Assembly (NCBI RefSeq): GCF_018977255.1
Contig: NW_024704745.1
Span: forward strand, 39,184,001 to 39,248,000
Source of the DNA: Callorhinchus milii
Lineage: Eukaryota
Direction: 5' to 3'
DNA: 64,000 bases
Shown here: one piece after another, positions 63,546 to 64,000 of the stretch
Layout: the number at the start of each line of letters is the position of its first letter
Numbering within the stretch: the first letter of the stretch is position 1
Made by a program: the position numbers and the translations under genes
The notes under the pieces: generated by a model
Seen by the model: only the letters and a program-made list of their open reading frames with translations
What the model was told of the DNA's origin: nothing
Database searches by the model: none

Positions 63546-64000
63546 TGACAAGACATCTCCAAGAACTTCACCCCTTTTTTTGTGATTTTTAGTGTAGTGA
63601 CTGTAGGTGAATATACCATTACTTCCAAGTGTTACTATTTGCAAGCTCCTGTTACGAATATTAGGTTTTCAGTTGTATAGATATTGGCTATGTAGGCATT
63701 AAACACAACAGCATAAATTGTATTATCTAACGGATAACACATTGATTAGAGTGGGTAACACACTACAAAAAATTGCCAAAATCCAACAGTGAAGTTCATC
63801 TGATATTTTATCTACCATTTCCCCAGTCCCCGACTCCTGTAGATGGTACCAAACCTAAAATCAAGTTTCACCTGTGTTATTCTTTACAATACATGTCTTT
63901 TTAAGTCTTTAAATGCTTCTTAAGTCTGCAGATAAGATAAGACTTCAGTGATGATAAGACAATTTAAAAAGCAAGCAGGCTCCTGTGACTCAATTGTTTT

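Noticed and set aside
1-64000. CRISPR-like array suggested by the recurring AAATGCAAGGATTATT motif
   Set aside because: The copies are dispersed, on both strands and irregularly spaced. They are SINE tails.

Overview
This is AT-rich vertebrate nuclear DNA, most likely from a cartilaginous fish. The (ATT)n-tailed tRNA SINE resembles the one I recall from elephant shark/chimaera, so the species assignment is an inference. I found no host protein-coding gene I can recognise, and no rRNA, true tRNA or CRISPR array. Every recognisable protein motif in the ORF track comes from decayed L2 or CR1 LINE ORF2 (APE endonuclease/RT). The window reads as a large intron or gene desert. It contains (1) a young composite SINE (tRNA-Ala-like head, CORE-like block, Deu-type 3' half, L2 tail) in long and short subfamilies; (2) older SacSINE1-type DeuSINEs; (3) at least two L2 lineages and CR1 copies, several nested inside each other with target-site duplications (TSDs); (4) two TA-flanked pogo/Tigger-like MITEs, two possible solo LTRs, AmnSINE2-like relics and an unclassified ~260-bp repeat present four times; and (5) unique blocks with enhancer-like motif clusters. 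The best leads are the SINE 3' stem-loop, whose loop matches that of the youngest L2, the modular SINE architecture, a 70-nt fold-back hairpin built from L2 tails, the unclassified repeat, and a Pbx-Hox/Meis motif cluster. I see no solid evidence for a wholly new gene system. Family names come from recall of consensus sequences, not database searches, and boundaries of old repeats are approximate.
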